From assembly GCA_964016885.1 (NCBI GenBank), contig OZ024747.1, positions 29,078,001-29,142,000 on the forward strand: a stretch of DNA of 64,000 nucleotides, written 5' to 3'. Source of the stretch: Eledone cirrhosa (Eukaryota). Below are positions 39,023 to 52,800 of the stretch, in pieces. Below the pieces are notes generated by a model. That model was not told where the DNA came from. It saw only the letters and a program-made list of their open reading frames with translations, and did no database searches. Each line of letters begins with the position of its first letter. The stretch's first letter is position 1. The translations under genes and the position numbers were made by a program.

Positions 39023-40573
39023 GTAAACTTTCTCCTCTGGTTTTAATTCTTTACTGCTGTATATACTCATATGTATCTGATTTAGAACAAGTACATCGTA
39101 TCCCTTCGTGTCGTAAGAAATAGCTAAAATGGTTGGTACCTGTAAGGGCATCCGACTGTAAATCATTGCCTCAAAAAGAACACCCATGTTGGTATGAAGC
39201 CTATCACGAGGTCCTTGTCTTAGTAGTTAAAATCGCTTTAAAACGCAGTTTCGATGGCTACAGTCAACGCAACATAGCCGAATGGTTAATAAGTTCGCTT
39301 CGCAAATGTCAGGTTCAATCCCACTACATGGCATCTTAGGCAAGTGTTATTTACTATAGCGTCGGGCCGGCTCTCAAGCCTTGTGAGTGAAATTGAGTAG
39401 ACAGAGACAATTTGAAAGCCCATCGGATCTTTTATATCTGTAATTCAAAAGTCGCGCCTTGTGACAGACTGTGTCACGTTGGATATCAATGCGAATTACA
39501 TCAAGGACTTCCGTATTTACGGAATACTCAGCCATTTTGCTCGTAAATTTTATGGGCATGGCTTTCCGTTGATCGAACACCTGGAACACTCATAGTCGAA
39601 ACCGACGGAGTTCCACCTCGTTTGTATACTCATGTATAAATCTAATTCTTAATTTTCAACGGTATTATGTCATTTTTAGGCGAATGAAATATACGGATTG
39701 CTCTAGTTTAATTTCTGTTAGAATTATTCAATTTAGTACGCTAAAGTCTGCTGGAAAAGTAAGAATGCCCCAACTCCTCATTTTGGTTGGCATTGAAAAA
39801 CAATCCCCACGAAGTCTTTATCTGATTAGTTACACCTGCTTCTGATTAGTTGTCTGCCGCTTAGTTACGCCTATTGTGGCTGAGTTACGTCTGCTCAATC
39901 ATTGATAACTTAGTTTAAACAATAACAATAACAATATAAGGCGCATGACTGAGGTGTTAGAGAAGTGGATTCGCAGTCGCGAGGTTGTGATTTCGATTCC
40001 TAGGCCGGGCGATGCGTTATGTCCTTGAGCAAGACACTTTATTTCATGTAGCTCCTTCTGCCTGGGTTTGCGACCGATAGGTAGTATTAGCAATTGGAAA
40101 GACCAATGGAAACATTGTTTCCACTGGTCTTTCCAATTTAGAAACAGACACCCCCGTTCAAGGAAATGGTATGGTTGGTAGTGTTGTAGGTCAGAAACAG
40201 ACGTCCCTTCAAGAAAATGACACAGCTGCTGTGGGGGCTAAAATATTAGTCAATTTAACAACCTATGTGTTAATTAAATATTTTAAACCAGTGTCTGATG
40301 GTGAAAATTTACAATTATTTTATTGGGGTGGGAAGCTGATAATACAATTATTTTATTGGGGTGGGAAGCTGAAATGGTAATTTATTTCTAATTAGCGATA
40401 GTGACTAGAAAAAGATTAGGTAACCAGAAGCAAACTTGGCCTTCGTTGGTAAGAGCTAATATTATGTTGTTCAAAAATTAATTCAGGTTTTATGTTTTTA
40501 TTTGTTTCAACATTTTTTAAAGAATAAAAACTCATGCACAGTGTGTTAAATTATGTACTATTTTATAGCTTAA

Positions 40574-40765
40574 GGGCAGTGGATTGGCAGTATCGGGAGA
40601 GAGTCGGACACCATGCTTTTCAGCATAGAGTTACGGCCCTTTATGATCTGAGTTCAAATCTCGCCGAGGTTAACTTTGCCTTTCATCCTTACGGGGTCGA
40701 TAAAATAAAGTACCAGTAATGCACTGGGTAATTGCTGGCCTTGTGCCAAAAGTAGAAACAATTAT
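40574..40765 (+). mobile_element. OK-like SINE (young copy)
   Basis: Near-consensus sequence. Confidence 0.88.
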
Positions 40766-40859
40766 TTTATAGCTTATTTTATATCCTTTCTTTCTTTGTA
40801 ACATATCTTACAATCAAAATAGTTTTACTATGCATTTATTTCGATTTTGGACAACGATA

Positions 40860-41030
40860 CTCTGCCTCACCTAGCATACTCACTGGATCTTTTACCAGCC
40901 GATTACAACTTTTTCAAGCATTTCGACAATTTCTTGCAAGAAAATATCTTCAACCACCAAAGAGCCTCAAAACGCTTTTGAAGAATTCGTCGCCTTCAAA
41001 ACTCAGAATTTTATGTTACCGGAATAAACC
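40860..41030 (+). mobile_element. Mariner transposase relic
   Basis: LPHLAYSLDLLPADYNFFKHFDNFL resembles mariner PHPPYSPDLAPSDYHLF. Confidence 0.65.
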
Positions 41031-43069
41031 TGTACCTTAGAAATTAATACAATACACTTGTTTTCATCTCTCCTATGAATATTTTATCAAAAAAATGGAG
41101 AGAATTAGCTAGTAACTTGATTTATGTTATTTCAATATTGATATATTTCCATTTTATGGAGCGAAAGTGTAGAAAGCGGAAGGGATTTCGTGAACAGCAA
41201 ACACGTTACAAATAGATGTGTAATAATTAACATTCAATATAAATTTCCAATCTAAACCCCTGTATAAGCCTAAAGACAACACATCCTGGAATAAACCTCT
41301 ACTGGTTTCGACAATCAGTGTTGCAATTGTTCTATCAACGGAATAGCCTTCTCATGAAATTGACATGTAAATTGATGAATATTCCACAGACAAGTGTACC
41401 CTTAAGGTAATTCTAGGGGAGATTGAGAGAACATAGTGAATTATAGATACTGTCCACCTGATGGGCTTCTAAACAGTTTCCATTTCACTCACAAAGCATA
41501 GATCGACCCATGTCCAATATACCACATAGTAGTAAAGAAATCACGAACCACGAAATGATTGGGAAGTGAACTTCCTAACCATTCGATCATGTTGCGTTCA
41601 CACAATAAACAGTATTTAGTTAAATACATTTTATCTTTTTAACAATTTAAGTTTGTATTTGTCAGTTTAGAAAGCGTGTACAGAAAGTTATTGTTCCCAT
41701 AAGGCCAGAAAGTGTTGAAAAAACAAAGTTATTTTAGACTGTTAATAATCTATTGTTCATTCTGTTATTCGGTTGATGGCAGCGAGGTGGGGGGTGGGGG
41801 GAGGAACTGTATAACAAAGCCTGCAACACATTGATTTCATTAACTGTTTGACCTTTGTTCTTTTGTTTATCCTGTTCCAATTCGATTTCGGAAATATCTT
41901 AACTCGTCCAATAGGCGTGTCATTTGTTTTGATTGACATGTCTGGAAAAAAATCGACTGTGTTCCGATCAAGAGAGGGATGCGCGTCAGCTTCAAAATGC
42001 CTAGGTTTTAAATGCGTATATTAGCATGGCACGCTTATGGCTCCATCAAAATTGAAGGATATTTTTTCTTTTTTTTCACAAGTGAAGGTTGTAGCTATTA
42101 TTGTTATATTGTTACTAGAAAAAAGAACAGATTAGAAATTTGTCATTTTCTGTTCAGATGATTTGTTAGAACAAAACTGGAGACACGAGTTCTATTCCGT
42201 CTACGTTACGAAATAAACAGTTTAAAAGATTTTCCGGTACATGCTTTGAAACAGTAAAAGTAATAAAACAGTGAAATGTGAAAATATTTTGATTTGCCCT
42301 CTAGAATTATATTATAAATATAATTATAATTATATTTAGCGTCTTTGTCCACATTTTTCTGTTTCGAGGTGTATCTTATCCGATATTGTTTTACAGTTTT
42401 CGCCTTTTATTATTATAGTTATTTGCATTGCGGTAACTATATTTTCAAATTATAATTATGATAATCTAAAGATAAAATTATAACTGCTATGAAATCCCAA
42501 GAGAGAAAAATACAGTAAGAAAGGGTGGACAGAGGTGACAAAGAAAGAAAGAAATCTAGGTTTCAAGATGAAGGCAGGGAGAAGAGGAGGGAATCGTAGT
42601 GAATGAACGGGATGAGTTGTAGAGAGTTATGTATGGATTTTGAGCAAAAATTACGCATAAATAGGACAATACTAGCAATATGTTTTTAAAATACTAAAAT
42701 TATACAAATTCTAATTTTTGTATTTCAATTTAGAGTGATACAAACAGTTTTTTTTTTAGAATTTTGATTATGTATATATTTGCATCATCATTATGATCAT
42801 CGTAAGAAGTAGTATTAGTATTAGTGGTAGTAGCAGCAACAGTATTAGTGGCAGTAGTGTATTTTCGCGTTTCTCAAACGTTATTATAAACCAGAGTCCT
42901 GAAAAAACAAAAACGAAAAAAAAAAAAAAAACCCATAAAAAAACCAGATTCACATTCATATAGGAAAACTGACATCCATTTCAATATTATATTGTATTAA
43001 TTCAACATTATATTGTATTAATAACATGATATAAACTCTCTCTCTCTCTCTATATATATATATAGAAAT

Positions 43070-43120
43070 GGCTTCTACAGGACTAGAACTGTTTCATTCG
43101 GGAGAAATCATCAGGAAGCC
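43070..43120 (-). ncRNA. Type I hammerhead ribozyme with intact core and GUA cleavage site
   Basis: Reverse complement GGCTTC-CTGATGA-tTTCtcccGAAt-GAAA-CAGttctagtcCTG-TA-GAAGCC. Confidence 0.8.
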
Positions 43121-44177
43121 GACTGTCCAAGTAATGGAATTTATACCTTTTCTGGTGAAAGAATTCTGTCTGTAGACACTTATATATGTATATATATTAG
43201 CAGATATATGTGTATTTGTATGTCCGTGCATAATGCCAATGGGGGAGTGAGAGGGGAGAGAAAGAAACAGAGAGGGAAAGTGAGGAAGTGGCTCTTCTCC
43301 TCCACCATCTCCTCATTGTCACATTTTTCGATTGAGGGAGAAATGTAAATAGTGTGAGTGTGTGAATGAGAGAGAGAGAGAGAGAGGAAGTGTTAGAGAG
43401 AATGTGTGAGAGAGAGAAACACAGATTGAGAAAAAGCCAGAGAGAAGAGAGAAAAAACACGGAGAGAGAATAAGTTTCTATTGGAGTTGAAAGAGAGGGG
43501 GATAGCGGGGAGAGAGAAATGCTGTATGTTTGATACTGCGTGTGCCTGCGTCAGTGAAGATACGTGTGTGTGTGATGTGTGTGGAAATAAGAGGGGAAGG
43601 AAAGTAATAACTATTAACATCTGTGCGTGCGGCGTTCCACAGAATATAAAAAGTATCAACATGTGTGAGTGTGCGCGTACGTGCACGGGTGCGTGTGCGT
43701 TTGCGTGCGTGTGTGCTTGCGTGCGGCGTTCCACAATCGCCATTTATTTCAATCACTCTTATGAAGATATTCATGTAACTTTCACTCCTTTTTTTTCAAA
43801 AATGTACACACTTCCATCTTTTTGGGACACCCTGTATATATGTGTGTGTGTGTATATAAACATACCGTGCTGAGAATGGTAGACAGATTCTATGTTAAAT
43901 CTTCTATTATAGATTGAATACAAACAATTCATTGTTGGTCTCCGTCGATGTTCAGTCTTCATTAATTGTCCGCATGTTTTCATGGACAAACTTCATCTTA
44001 ACGTCTTATTTACTGCAAATACCTATTAACAGTGTCAATGGTTGTTGTTGTTTCTTCTTCTTCTTCTTCTTCTTCTTCTTCTTCTTCTTCGTCATCATTT
44101 GTAAATTTCAACCAAAGATAATTACCTTTTTTCAATACATTTTGCGTTTTCCTTTCTCTCTCTCTCTCACACACACA

Positions 44178-44255
<78 letters not shown>

Positions 44256-44256
<1 letters not shown>

Positions 44257-44835
44257 TAGGGTGTTTCATATTAATAGGGAAAATGTCGATTGCGCCTTGA
44301 ATTCATTTCCCATAAAAGCCACGCAGGCGAAAATACGAGAAGACACGGATATATTTAGGGGTTACAGAGTTTGGTGCTCTTTGAATGGTATGCTAAATAA
44401 ATGAAAAAAATTACTTCAACACTTGCTGATTGTAGCCACACAATGATTCATGATATCAGAAAGAGAACGCAGGATGAAGTGAAGAAGATTTTCTGAGAAA
44501 GTAACTCTTGAAAGTTTGTCATCCAGCTCAGCTATTAGTGATGATGATAATGATGAAATCTTCAAGTCAGCATTGCCTCGAAAATCATCGCAAGTAAAGC
44601 CCACCCCCGACACCATCCTTGTTGCCACGTGGGAACGCTGGAAACTATCGGTACAACAAGCATGTACTTCTTACATCACAATTGAGAAGAATTTTGGTCA
44701 TGATGTTTCTGAACTCTCGATTCCCACCTCAATTGTTTATCGAGCAAGAACCAGTCACCGTGAGAAGATGGCTCAGGAAATCGAGTTATCTGGTCGATTT
44801 CCCGTGTTAAAAACATCTTACATGTGTGTTTAGCA
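44256..44835 (+). mobile_element. Possible hATm-like DNA transposon fragment
   Basis: TTAGGGTG terminus; ORF segment WERWKLSVQQA..SIVYRARTSHREKMAQEI resembles hATm transposase N-termini (from memory). Confidence 0.35.
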
Positions 44836-45514
44836 CAGTGAAATTCCATGTCTAAGAAATGTCATTTTTTTATTTATTCGCAACGAAAACGTTTGGCATT
44901 TAATTAAGTTTACACACAATTTAATTCAAGAAGCATTTTTAATACAACACCTTACTTTTTTGTTTTAAACGAATAGTTTTGATTAGTTCATCTACACTGC
45001 GACAGGTACTCATTTTCTGGTATTGCAGTACCATTCAAAACTTCGCAGTAACTGAAGCAACGATGATGGTAAGCGGTGTATGTTTCTCAGATTGACAGAA
45101 TGTCGTTTATGCTCGCTCTAAGAAACACAAATGGCGAATATTAATAAACTAGCATAATACCCATAAAAATCTATGTAAAGATGTTTGAATCCTCGATTTT
45201 CCCTGACCTTTTCCCTCTTGTCACTCCGATAATCCCTGTACTTCACTTTACATTCATTTAAATGAATTACAATAATTTTCTTCTATATTTTCTTTAATCA
45301 TATATGCGCTAAATAACGATGACTTTGCCCCCCTCCCCATCTCTCTCTCTGTACACACATACACATATATACATAGTGAAAGAGCTAAGAATACCATGGT
45401 CGGCTGTACAAAAAGGGTTTTATTTACAGTATTTTATTTACAGTATATCAAACAACACCGTACGTTAAAACTATCCATAGTACAGAGTACCCACAACCTC
45501 TAACTGGATTACCT

Positions 45515-45545
<31 letters not shown>

Positions 45546-45591
45546 CAATAACAATAGCAACAACAATAGCAATCCGAAGATAAATATATAC

Positions 45592-45665
<74 letters not shown>

Positions 45666-45851
45666 ATACTTTGGGAGGGTCATGTTGCCAATAAGAAACA
45701 CACGCACCAGTTGCTTTCACTTCAATTTATTATAATAAATTTATAAATTTAGGAATTTATAAATTTCCGGTTGGTTGGTTGGTTTTCAGATAAAGAATCT
45801 TGCTAAACAAATTCAGAAACGATATATATATATATAAATCATCAGGAAGCC

Positions 45852-45895
45852 CTGATGATTTCTCACGAATGAAACAGTTCTAGTCCTGTAGAAGC
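45852..45895 (+). ncRNA. Hammerhead of the 43070 family, 5' strand of stem I replaced by an inversion junction
   Basis: AAATCATCAGGAAGCC|CTGATGATTTCTCACGAATGAAACAGTTCTAGTCCTGTAGAAGC. Confidence 0.55.
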
Positions 45896-45979
45896 TTTTC
45901 TATATTAAAACATTTATACTCTGCTATGTATTGAGTACCTTACTTACTGTGGCTACCCTCTATTGAACCCGGAATAACG

Positions 45980-46019
<40 letters not shown>

Positions 46020-46020
46020 A

Positions 46021-47369
46021 ATAAATTTAGTCCTTCATCAGTGATCTTCTAGCCTTCATTGGTATTTCATCGCTTTAAAGACCATATACCTCTGGTTGGT
46101 GCGAGCAACGGCTAAAGAAAGTCGTTGGGACACGTAAATAGGGGGAACGAGCGAGACAGTAAACAAACAAAGATTGTAATGCAACGAAAAGTGAGGAAGA
46201 AGTAGTCAAGTCCCCGAAATCGATGAACATAAGTTCTGTGAAATCGTAGACGAGAGAGAATAAAGACCATCCAACCTGGTCGAAATGTGAGTGAGGAAAG
46301 AATTTCGCACAGGTCAAACGGGAGGAAGTAGGAGAGGGAGTAGCAGTGAGTGAGTGAGTGAAAGTGTGAGGAAGAGGCTAACAGAGAGAGTGACTGGCAG
46401 AGGGGTTAAAAGGAAGTGAGAGATACAGAGAAAGAGGAAGCAGTAAGAAAGAAACAGACGGGTCATAGCGGAGGAAAATATATAAATATATGAAAAATAT
46501 GAAAACATGGCGTGCTGCGTGGTTGCAAATGGGTTACATATGAATAAATTTAGTCCTTCATCAGTGATCTTCCAGCCTTCATTGGTATTTCATCGCTTTA
46601 AAAACCATATACCTCTGGTTGGTGCGAGCAACGGCTAAAGAAAGTCGTTGGAACACGTAAATAGGGGGAACGAGCGAGACAGTAAACAAACAAAGATTGT
46701 AATGCAACGAAAAGTGAGGAAGAAGTAGTCAAGTCCCCGAAATCGATGAACATAAGTTCTGTGAAATCGTAGACGAGAGAGAATAAAGACCATCCAACCT
46801 GGTCGAAATGTGAGTGAGGAAAGAATTTCGCACAGGTCAAACGGGAGGAAGTAGGAGAGGGAGTAGCAGTGAGTGAGTGAGTGAAAGTGTGAGGAAGAGG
46901 CTAACAGAGAGAGTGACTGGCAGAGGGGTTAAAAGGAAGTGAGAGATACAGAGAAAGAGGAAGCAGTAAGAAAGAAACAGACGGGTCATAGCGGAGGAAA
47001 ATATATAAATATATGAAAAATATGAAAACATGGCGTGCTGCGTGGTTGCAAATGGGTTACATATGAATAGATTTAGTCCTTCATCAGTGATCTTCCAGCC
47101 TTCATTGGTATTTCATCGCTTTAAAAACCATATACCTCTGGTTGGTGCGAGCAACGGCTAAAGAAAGTCGTTGGAACACGTAAATAGGGGGAACGAGCGA
47201 GACAGTAAACAAACAAAGATGGTAATGCAAGTGAGGAAGAAGTAGTCAAGTCCTTGAAATCGATGAACATGAGTTCTGTGAAATCGTAGACGAGAGAGAA
47301 TAAAGACCATCCAACCTGGTCGAAATGTGAGTGAGGAAAGAATTTCGCACATGTCAAACGGGAGGAAGA
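46021..47369. repeat. 523-bp tandem repeat, about 2.6 near-identical copies
   Basis: Near-identical ORFs recur at 46075, 46598 and 47121 (period 523). Confidence 0.92.
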
Positions 47370-49048
47370 AGATATATATTTATCTTCAGATTGCTATTGT
47401 TGTTATTGTTGACCTTGTCCAAAAACGCATACATTGGTAAATATACAAGAGTTATAGATAGCTGTTAGTCGATCACTTGACCATCTTGCCAACACTGTGC
47501 AAGAAAGAGAGGTAGGCTGGAAAATATTAAATTACCATCTCCTTCCCAAACAAATCAAGCAAAAGTGGTTAGCACGTGATACATGCATTTTATGATATGG
47601 TAGGCAAATGCCGATTTTTAATAGTCAAACTGGAAGAGAAAACAAGAAATTCGAAATTTGTTTTTTAAATATTGAACTAGAAAAATTGAAATATAATTAA
47701 GTTTCAGACAGCAGTCTCAATACAATGATATCTGAATTAAAGAAATCAGCAGCTGTAACAATAACAATGACAGCAGCAGTAACAACAACGACAATAGCAG
47801 CAGCAATAGCAGCAATAGTAACATAAAAAATAACAACAACAGCAACAACAGTAGCAGCAGCAGTTGAAACACCAACAACAACAACGACAGCAGTAGCAGC
47901 AGCAACAACAAAATCAACCACAAAGCAGCTAGACCGACAGGAGTAGTAAGAACAGCAATATCAACATCCGGTGAAGGAATGTGTAATTGAGTTCTGAAGT
48001 GTCACAAGTGAAGTAATCTTTACAATTCCGCCAGTCACTTCATGAAAATTAAAAAGGATTATTTTTAAAGTCATAAAACTATTTCTGGTTTAATTTGTTC
48101 AAAATGTCACTTAAATACTAATCAATGGTTGTTTATCAACCAAACTTTTAAGTGTTGCTCACCATTGAGACCTCTCTTTCGTTTTTCTTTGTCAAATTAG
48201 GACGAGGACATCTCGGCTGAAGAAAGAGCCCCACGAAGTGGAATGGCTGATGTAGGTCGTAGCTAAGATATACCGTCCAACCAAGGGTATAGAGTTTTCC
48301 CTTTCCTTGTTTCTCTTCCTTTTCTCTCATCCATGTCAGGTCAATGCCCCAAGGACACCACCAGGAATCAAGGGCCAAACGTAAATCATATCTAAATATT
48401 ATATTACAATATTATATAAAGTAATTTTCCTACTTCTTTTTTTTTTGTGATAGTAGAATGCGATTCTGATGGAGATTTGGGTGTTATTTTTAACAATCCA
48501 AGTGAGCAATCCTATAGGGGCTCCCCTTTGAGCCAGAGGTGTACGGGCTATCATAGCTGCTTAAAAGGAACCCATTGCAATAATTACTGGAGAACTTATG
48601 GGTGATACATGGTTTAAAGCATTTATATTATTCCCTTTGTTAAAATTAGATTTGTATCTTGTCAAAATAAATCATGTTTAGCAGTTACAACATTAATTTT
48701 AATAACAATTTCAACAACATCGGAATAATTGCATTTTCGCTTATTCCACAGCAACACGATTTAGCAATGCATGACGTGTGATATCATCTGGTCACTCAAT
48801 GTCACACAGTTTCTTTCTATTCTCACTCGACTCCATTTTATTTGATTTCATGCTAATATACCTTAGAGCGTACAGGCACTCCTCCATATACGACCTACCC
48901 ACATTTATGATCATGTAAACACGTACGCTAATTTTCTCTTGGCATTTATTATGTTATAACGGTTAAAGCTAAATATTCCTATGTTCGAATATATTTACAC
49001 AGAGAAACAAAAACCACGTGTGGGTAAATACGTATTGGTAAATGCATA

Positions 49049-49235
49049 TAATTGCTTCTACTTTTGGCACAAGGCCAGCAATTCTCTCAGTGCATTACTG
49101 GTACTTTATTTTATCGACCCCGTAAGGGTGAAAGGCAAAGATAGCCTCGGCGAGATTTGAACTCAGACCATAAAGGGGCGTAACTCTTTGCTGCAAAGCA
49201 TAACATCCGACCTTCTACCGATGCTGCCATTCCAC
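49049..49235 (-). mobile_element. OK-like SINE
   Basis: Reverse-complement consensus match. Confidence 0.85.
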
Positions 49236-49347
49236 ATATAATAATGTATAAACATGATATAATAGAATATATTAGCTACGTAGTACAGTAATACTACTAA
49301 TACATATAAAATACCATTCTCCATGTCATATGTATAGATTTTAAAAT

Positions 49348-49893
49348 TAGGATTAGGGTTAGGGTTAGGATTAGGATTAGATTTAGGGTTAGGGTTTGGG
49401 TTAGGGTGAGGGTTAGGGTTAGAGTTAGTGTTAGGGTTAGGTGTAGGGTTAGAGTTTGGGTTAGGGTTAGGTGTAGGGTTAGAGTTTGGGTTAGGGTTAA
49501 AGTTAGGGTCAGGGTCAGGGTTAGGGTTAGGGTCAGGGTCAGGGTCAGGGTTGGGGTTGGGGTTAGGGTTGGGGTTACGGTTGGGTTGTGATTGGGGTTG
49601 GGGTTAGGGTCAGGGTCAGGGTTAGGGTTGGAGTTAAGGTTGGGGTTGGTGTTAGGGTTGGTGTTCAGGTTTGGGTTAGGGTTAGGGTTAGGTTTTGGGT
49701 TAGAGTTTGGGTTTGGGTTAAGGTTAGAGTCGGGTTAGGGTTTGGGTTAGGGTAGGGTTAAGGTTAGGGTTAGGGTTTGGGTTAGGGTTTGGGTTAGGGT
49801 TAGGGTTTGGTTTAGTGTTAGATTTAGGGTCAAGGTTAGGGTTTGGGTTAGTGTTTGGGTTAGAGTTAGGGTTAGGGTTAGAGTTAGGGTTAG
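49348..49893 (+). repeat. Degenerate interstitial telomeric repeat (TTAGGG)n, left part
   Basis: TTAGGG with TTTGGG, TCAGGG, TTAGAG and TTAGTG variants. Confidence 0.92.
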
Positions 49894-52800
49894 TGTTGTA
49901 TTCCTCTCGGTACTCGCAGAGAAAACACAACGAGTTATATAAAATAATTTGTGTAATTTGCGAAACAATCAAAACGCCCCTCCTCGCAGTAGCAGAATAA
50001 CATAAAGTAAGTAAGTAGCAGTCTGTGACCGAGTTTTTAATACCAACGCTGACTGACTGCCCAGGTCACGTGATTCATATGCAAATGTGTGATCACGTGT
50101 AAATTGAATAAAAATTTAACAGTCCATACAACAATGAGGTTGTGAGTTCGATTCCCAGTCCATACAACACCTCCCCACCGAAATTGATGCGACAAAAGAA
50201 GCATCAACAGCAAAGTCTCTCTGGGGGTTTACGAGTTCTCTTGGACCGTCTTCGATTGTCTGGTCCATACTCTGGAACGGGCAACAAGGTCTTGGGTCTG
50301 GTCTGTCTTGGAGTTAGTGGCACGATTTCCGAGATCTCCATCGGGTGATCTGTTGCAAATTCAAAAACAGTGTCTACTGCATCACCAGGTTCATTGACTT
50401 CCTCAGTGGTGTACCACGGTTGCAGCTGTTCCCAGTGTCGTCTCCACACCGGGCCATGAGGTATGACCTTAACGTTGAAGCAGCGATCACCCAATGACTT
50501 CTTAATGATTGCTGGTACCCATCGGGGATCTTTGTCTCGGCGAGGTCCGTAGTACAGTGCATACACAGGATCTCCAGCCTTGTACTGCCTGGTAACCTTA
50601 GCGACACCTGCCGAGTCCGGAGTCATCTGAGACTTATATGCTTCCTTAGACTTCTTGCCTTGAGCGATGTGTGCTGGCGAGGGCAGCAGAGAATCAATCC
50701 TTGTCCGTATCTGCCGGTGATTCAAAAGTTCACTCGGAGAGAATCCACTGGATGTCGGTGTTCTTCGGTACTGCATCAAGAACTCTTGAAGTGCTCGCTT
50801 CGGCGGAAGAGAAGTCTTCCTCAGAGCTTGTTTGAAGGTCTGCACCAAACGTTCCGCTGCTCCGTTAGTAGCTGGGTGGTAAGGTGCCCCTATCAGGTGC
50901 GTGATCCCACGTTCTTTGCACCAGCTCTGGAACTCCTCAGAAATAAAAGTTGGTGCGTTATCGGTGACTAGCGTGTGAGGAAATCCGAAGTGCGCAAAGT
51001 CTTCTTCAAGTAGATCTAAAGTGGCTCTGGAGGACGTGGATGACGTAGGATGAATGCATGGATACTTGGAATAAGCATCCGTGATCACCAACCAATTACT
51101 GCCCATGAAATTTATTGCGTGGTCCAGGTGTAAGCGGCTCCACGGCTTTTCAGGTAACATCCATGGGTGAACTGGAGACTTGGATGGCTGGTTTTGATGT
51201 TCACCACACGAATCACATTGTCGACTGGTTTTCTCTATAGCAGCATCGATACCAGGCCAATAAACAGCAGTTCTTGCCAATTGTTTCATGCGCTCCATGC
51301 CAAAGTGTCCGAGATGCAGAAGATTGAGGATCTTTGGCTGTAGGTTATGTGGAATCACAACTCTCGATCCATGGATAAGGCATCCGTGGCAGATACTGAG
51401 TGAATCCGATAACTTCCGGAACTTATTGACTTCGTCATTGATCTCAGTATTCTTTGGTGGCCAGCCTTCACGGACGTAGCGTATCACTGTAGATATCACT
51501 GGATCTTTCCCTGACTCTTGACGGAGGACGTTAGAATCGATAGGTTGGACTTGAAGACTGAGAGCTTTGATGGCGCACACCATTTTCCTTCCTGTCAAAG
51601 TCGATGTCATTACCAAATGGCAAGCAACTGAGGGCATCTGCATTGCCATGATCCGCTGTTTTCCGATATTCGATGGTGTAGTCAAACTGGTTCAGCTACA
51701 GGGCCCACCGTGCTAGTCGGTTAGCAGCGAGAAGTGGCGTCCCTTTCCTCGGACAGAACAGTGATGTCTGTGGCTTGTGGTCAGTTACGAGTATAAACTG
51801 ATGTCCGTACAGATACTGATAGAACTTCTGCAAGCCAAATATGATGGCCAGGGCTTCCTTTTGAATTTGGCCGTAGTTACGCTGTGCAGAAGTAAGAGTC
51901 TTGGACACATTGGATATTGGGCGCTCGCTTCCATCAGGATAGCGATGAAACAGGACTGCTCCAATACCAACGTTTGACGCGTCGCAAGCCAGTCTCAAAG
52001 TTTTGTTTGGATCGAAGTGTATCAGAACTCGATCCGATGAAAGCACATTTTTCAACTGATCGAAAGCTGACTGTTCTTCATCTCCCCACTTCCAAGTAGT
52101 CGTTTTTTTCGTAAGGCAATAGAGTGGCTCTGCCATGCTGGCCAGGTTTGGGATAAACTTTCCATAGAACTGAACTGAACCCAGGAAAGACTTCAAGCTT
52201 GAGACGTTCGTTGGAGGTGGCATCTTTAAAACTGCTTCGACCTTGGATCCCTTCGCGATCCCTTCAGCCGACAAGGTGTGTCCAAGGTATTCCACACTGG
52301 GTAGTGCAAACTGGCACTTGTCACGGCGACATCTGAGTCCTTTGTCGCACAGACGTGTGAGCAGACACTTTAGGTTGTTCAGGTGATCGTTTGCATCTTT
52401 CCCACTGACGAGCATGTCGTCCTGGAAGACGGCCACACCAGGTAGATCTTGAGTCAGGTTTTCCATGATCTCCTGAAAGTAACCAGGTGCTGACTTGATT
52501 CCGAAAGGGAGTCGTTCCTGCAGGAGCACCCCACGGTGAGTGCTGAGTGCAAGCCTGCGTTGACTTTCTGGAGCCAGCTTGATCTGATTATAGGCATCAG
52601 CAAGATCAATCTTTGTGTATCCGAATCCACCTCCGAGCTTCTGCATCAGTTCCTCTGGGAGTGGCATTGGATGACGATGATCTGCAAGTTGGTCATTAAT
52701 TCCCACAGAGTAGTCATCACAAATCCGTAGTTTGGGCTTCAGGTTGCCTGAAGTATGTGCTTTACGAATCGGTACCACTGGCGTTCCGTATTCGTTGAAC

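Noticed and set aside
40574-40765. tRNA genes suggested by A/B boxes
   Set aside because: They are SINE heads without a full cloverleaf, followed by the SINE core
46021-47369. CRISPR-like array or repeated protein-coding ORFs
   Set aside because: Eukaryotic tandem repeat with no unique spacers; the ORFs have no recognisable motifs
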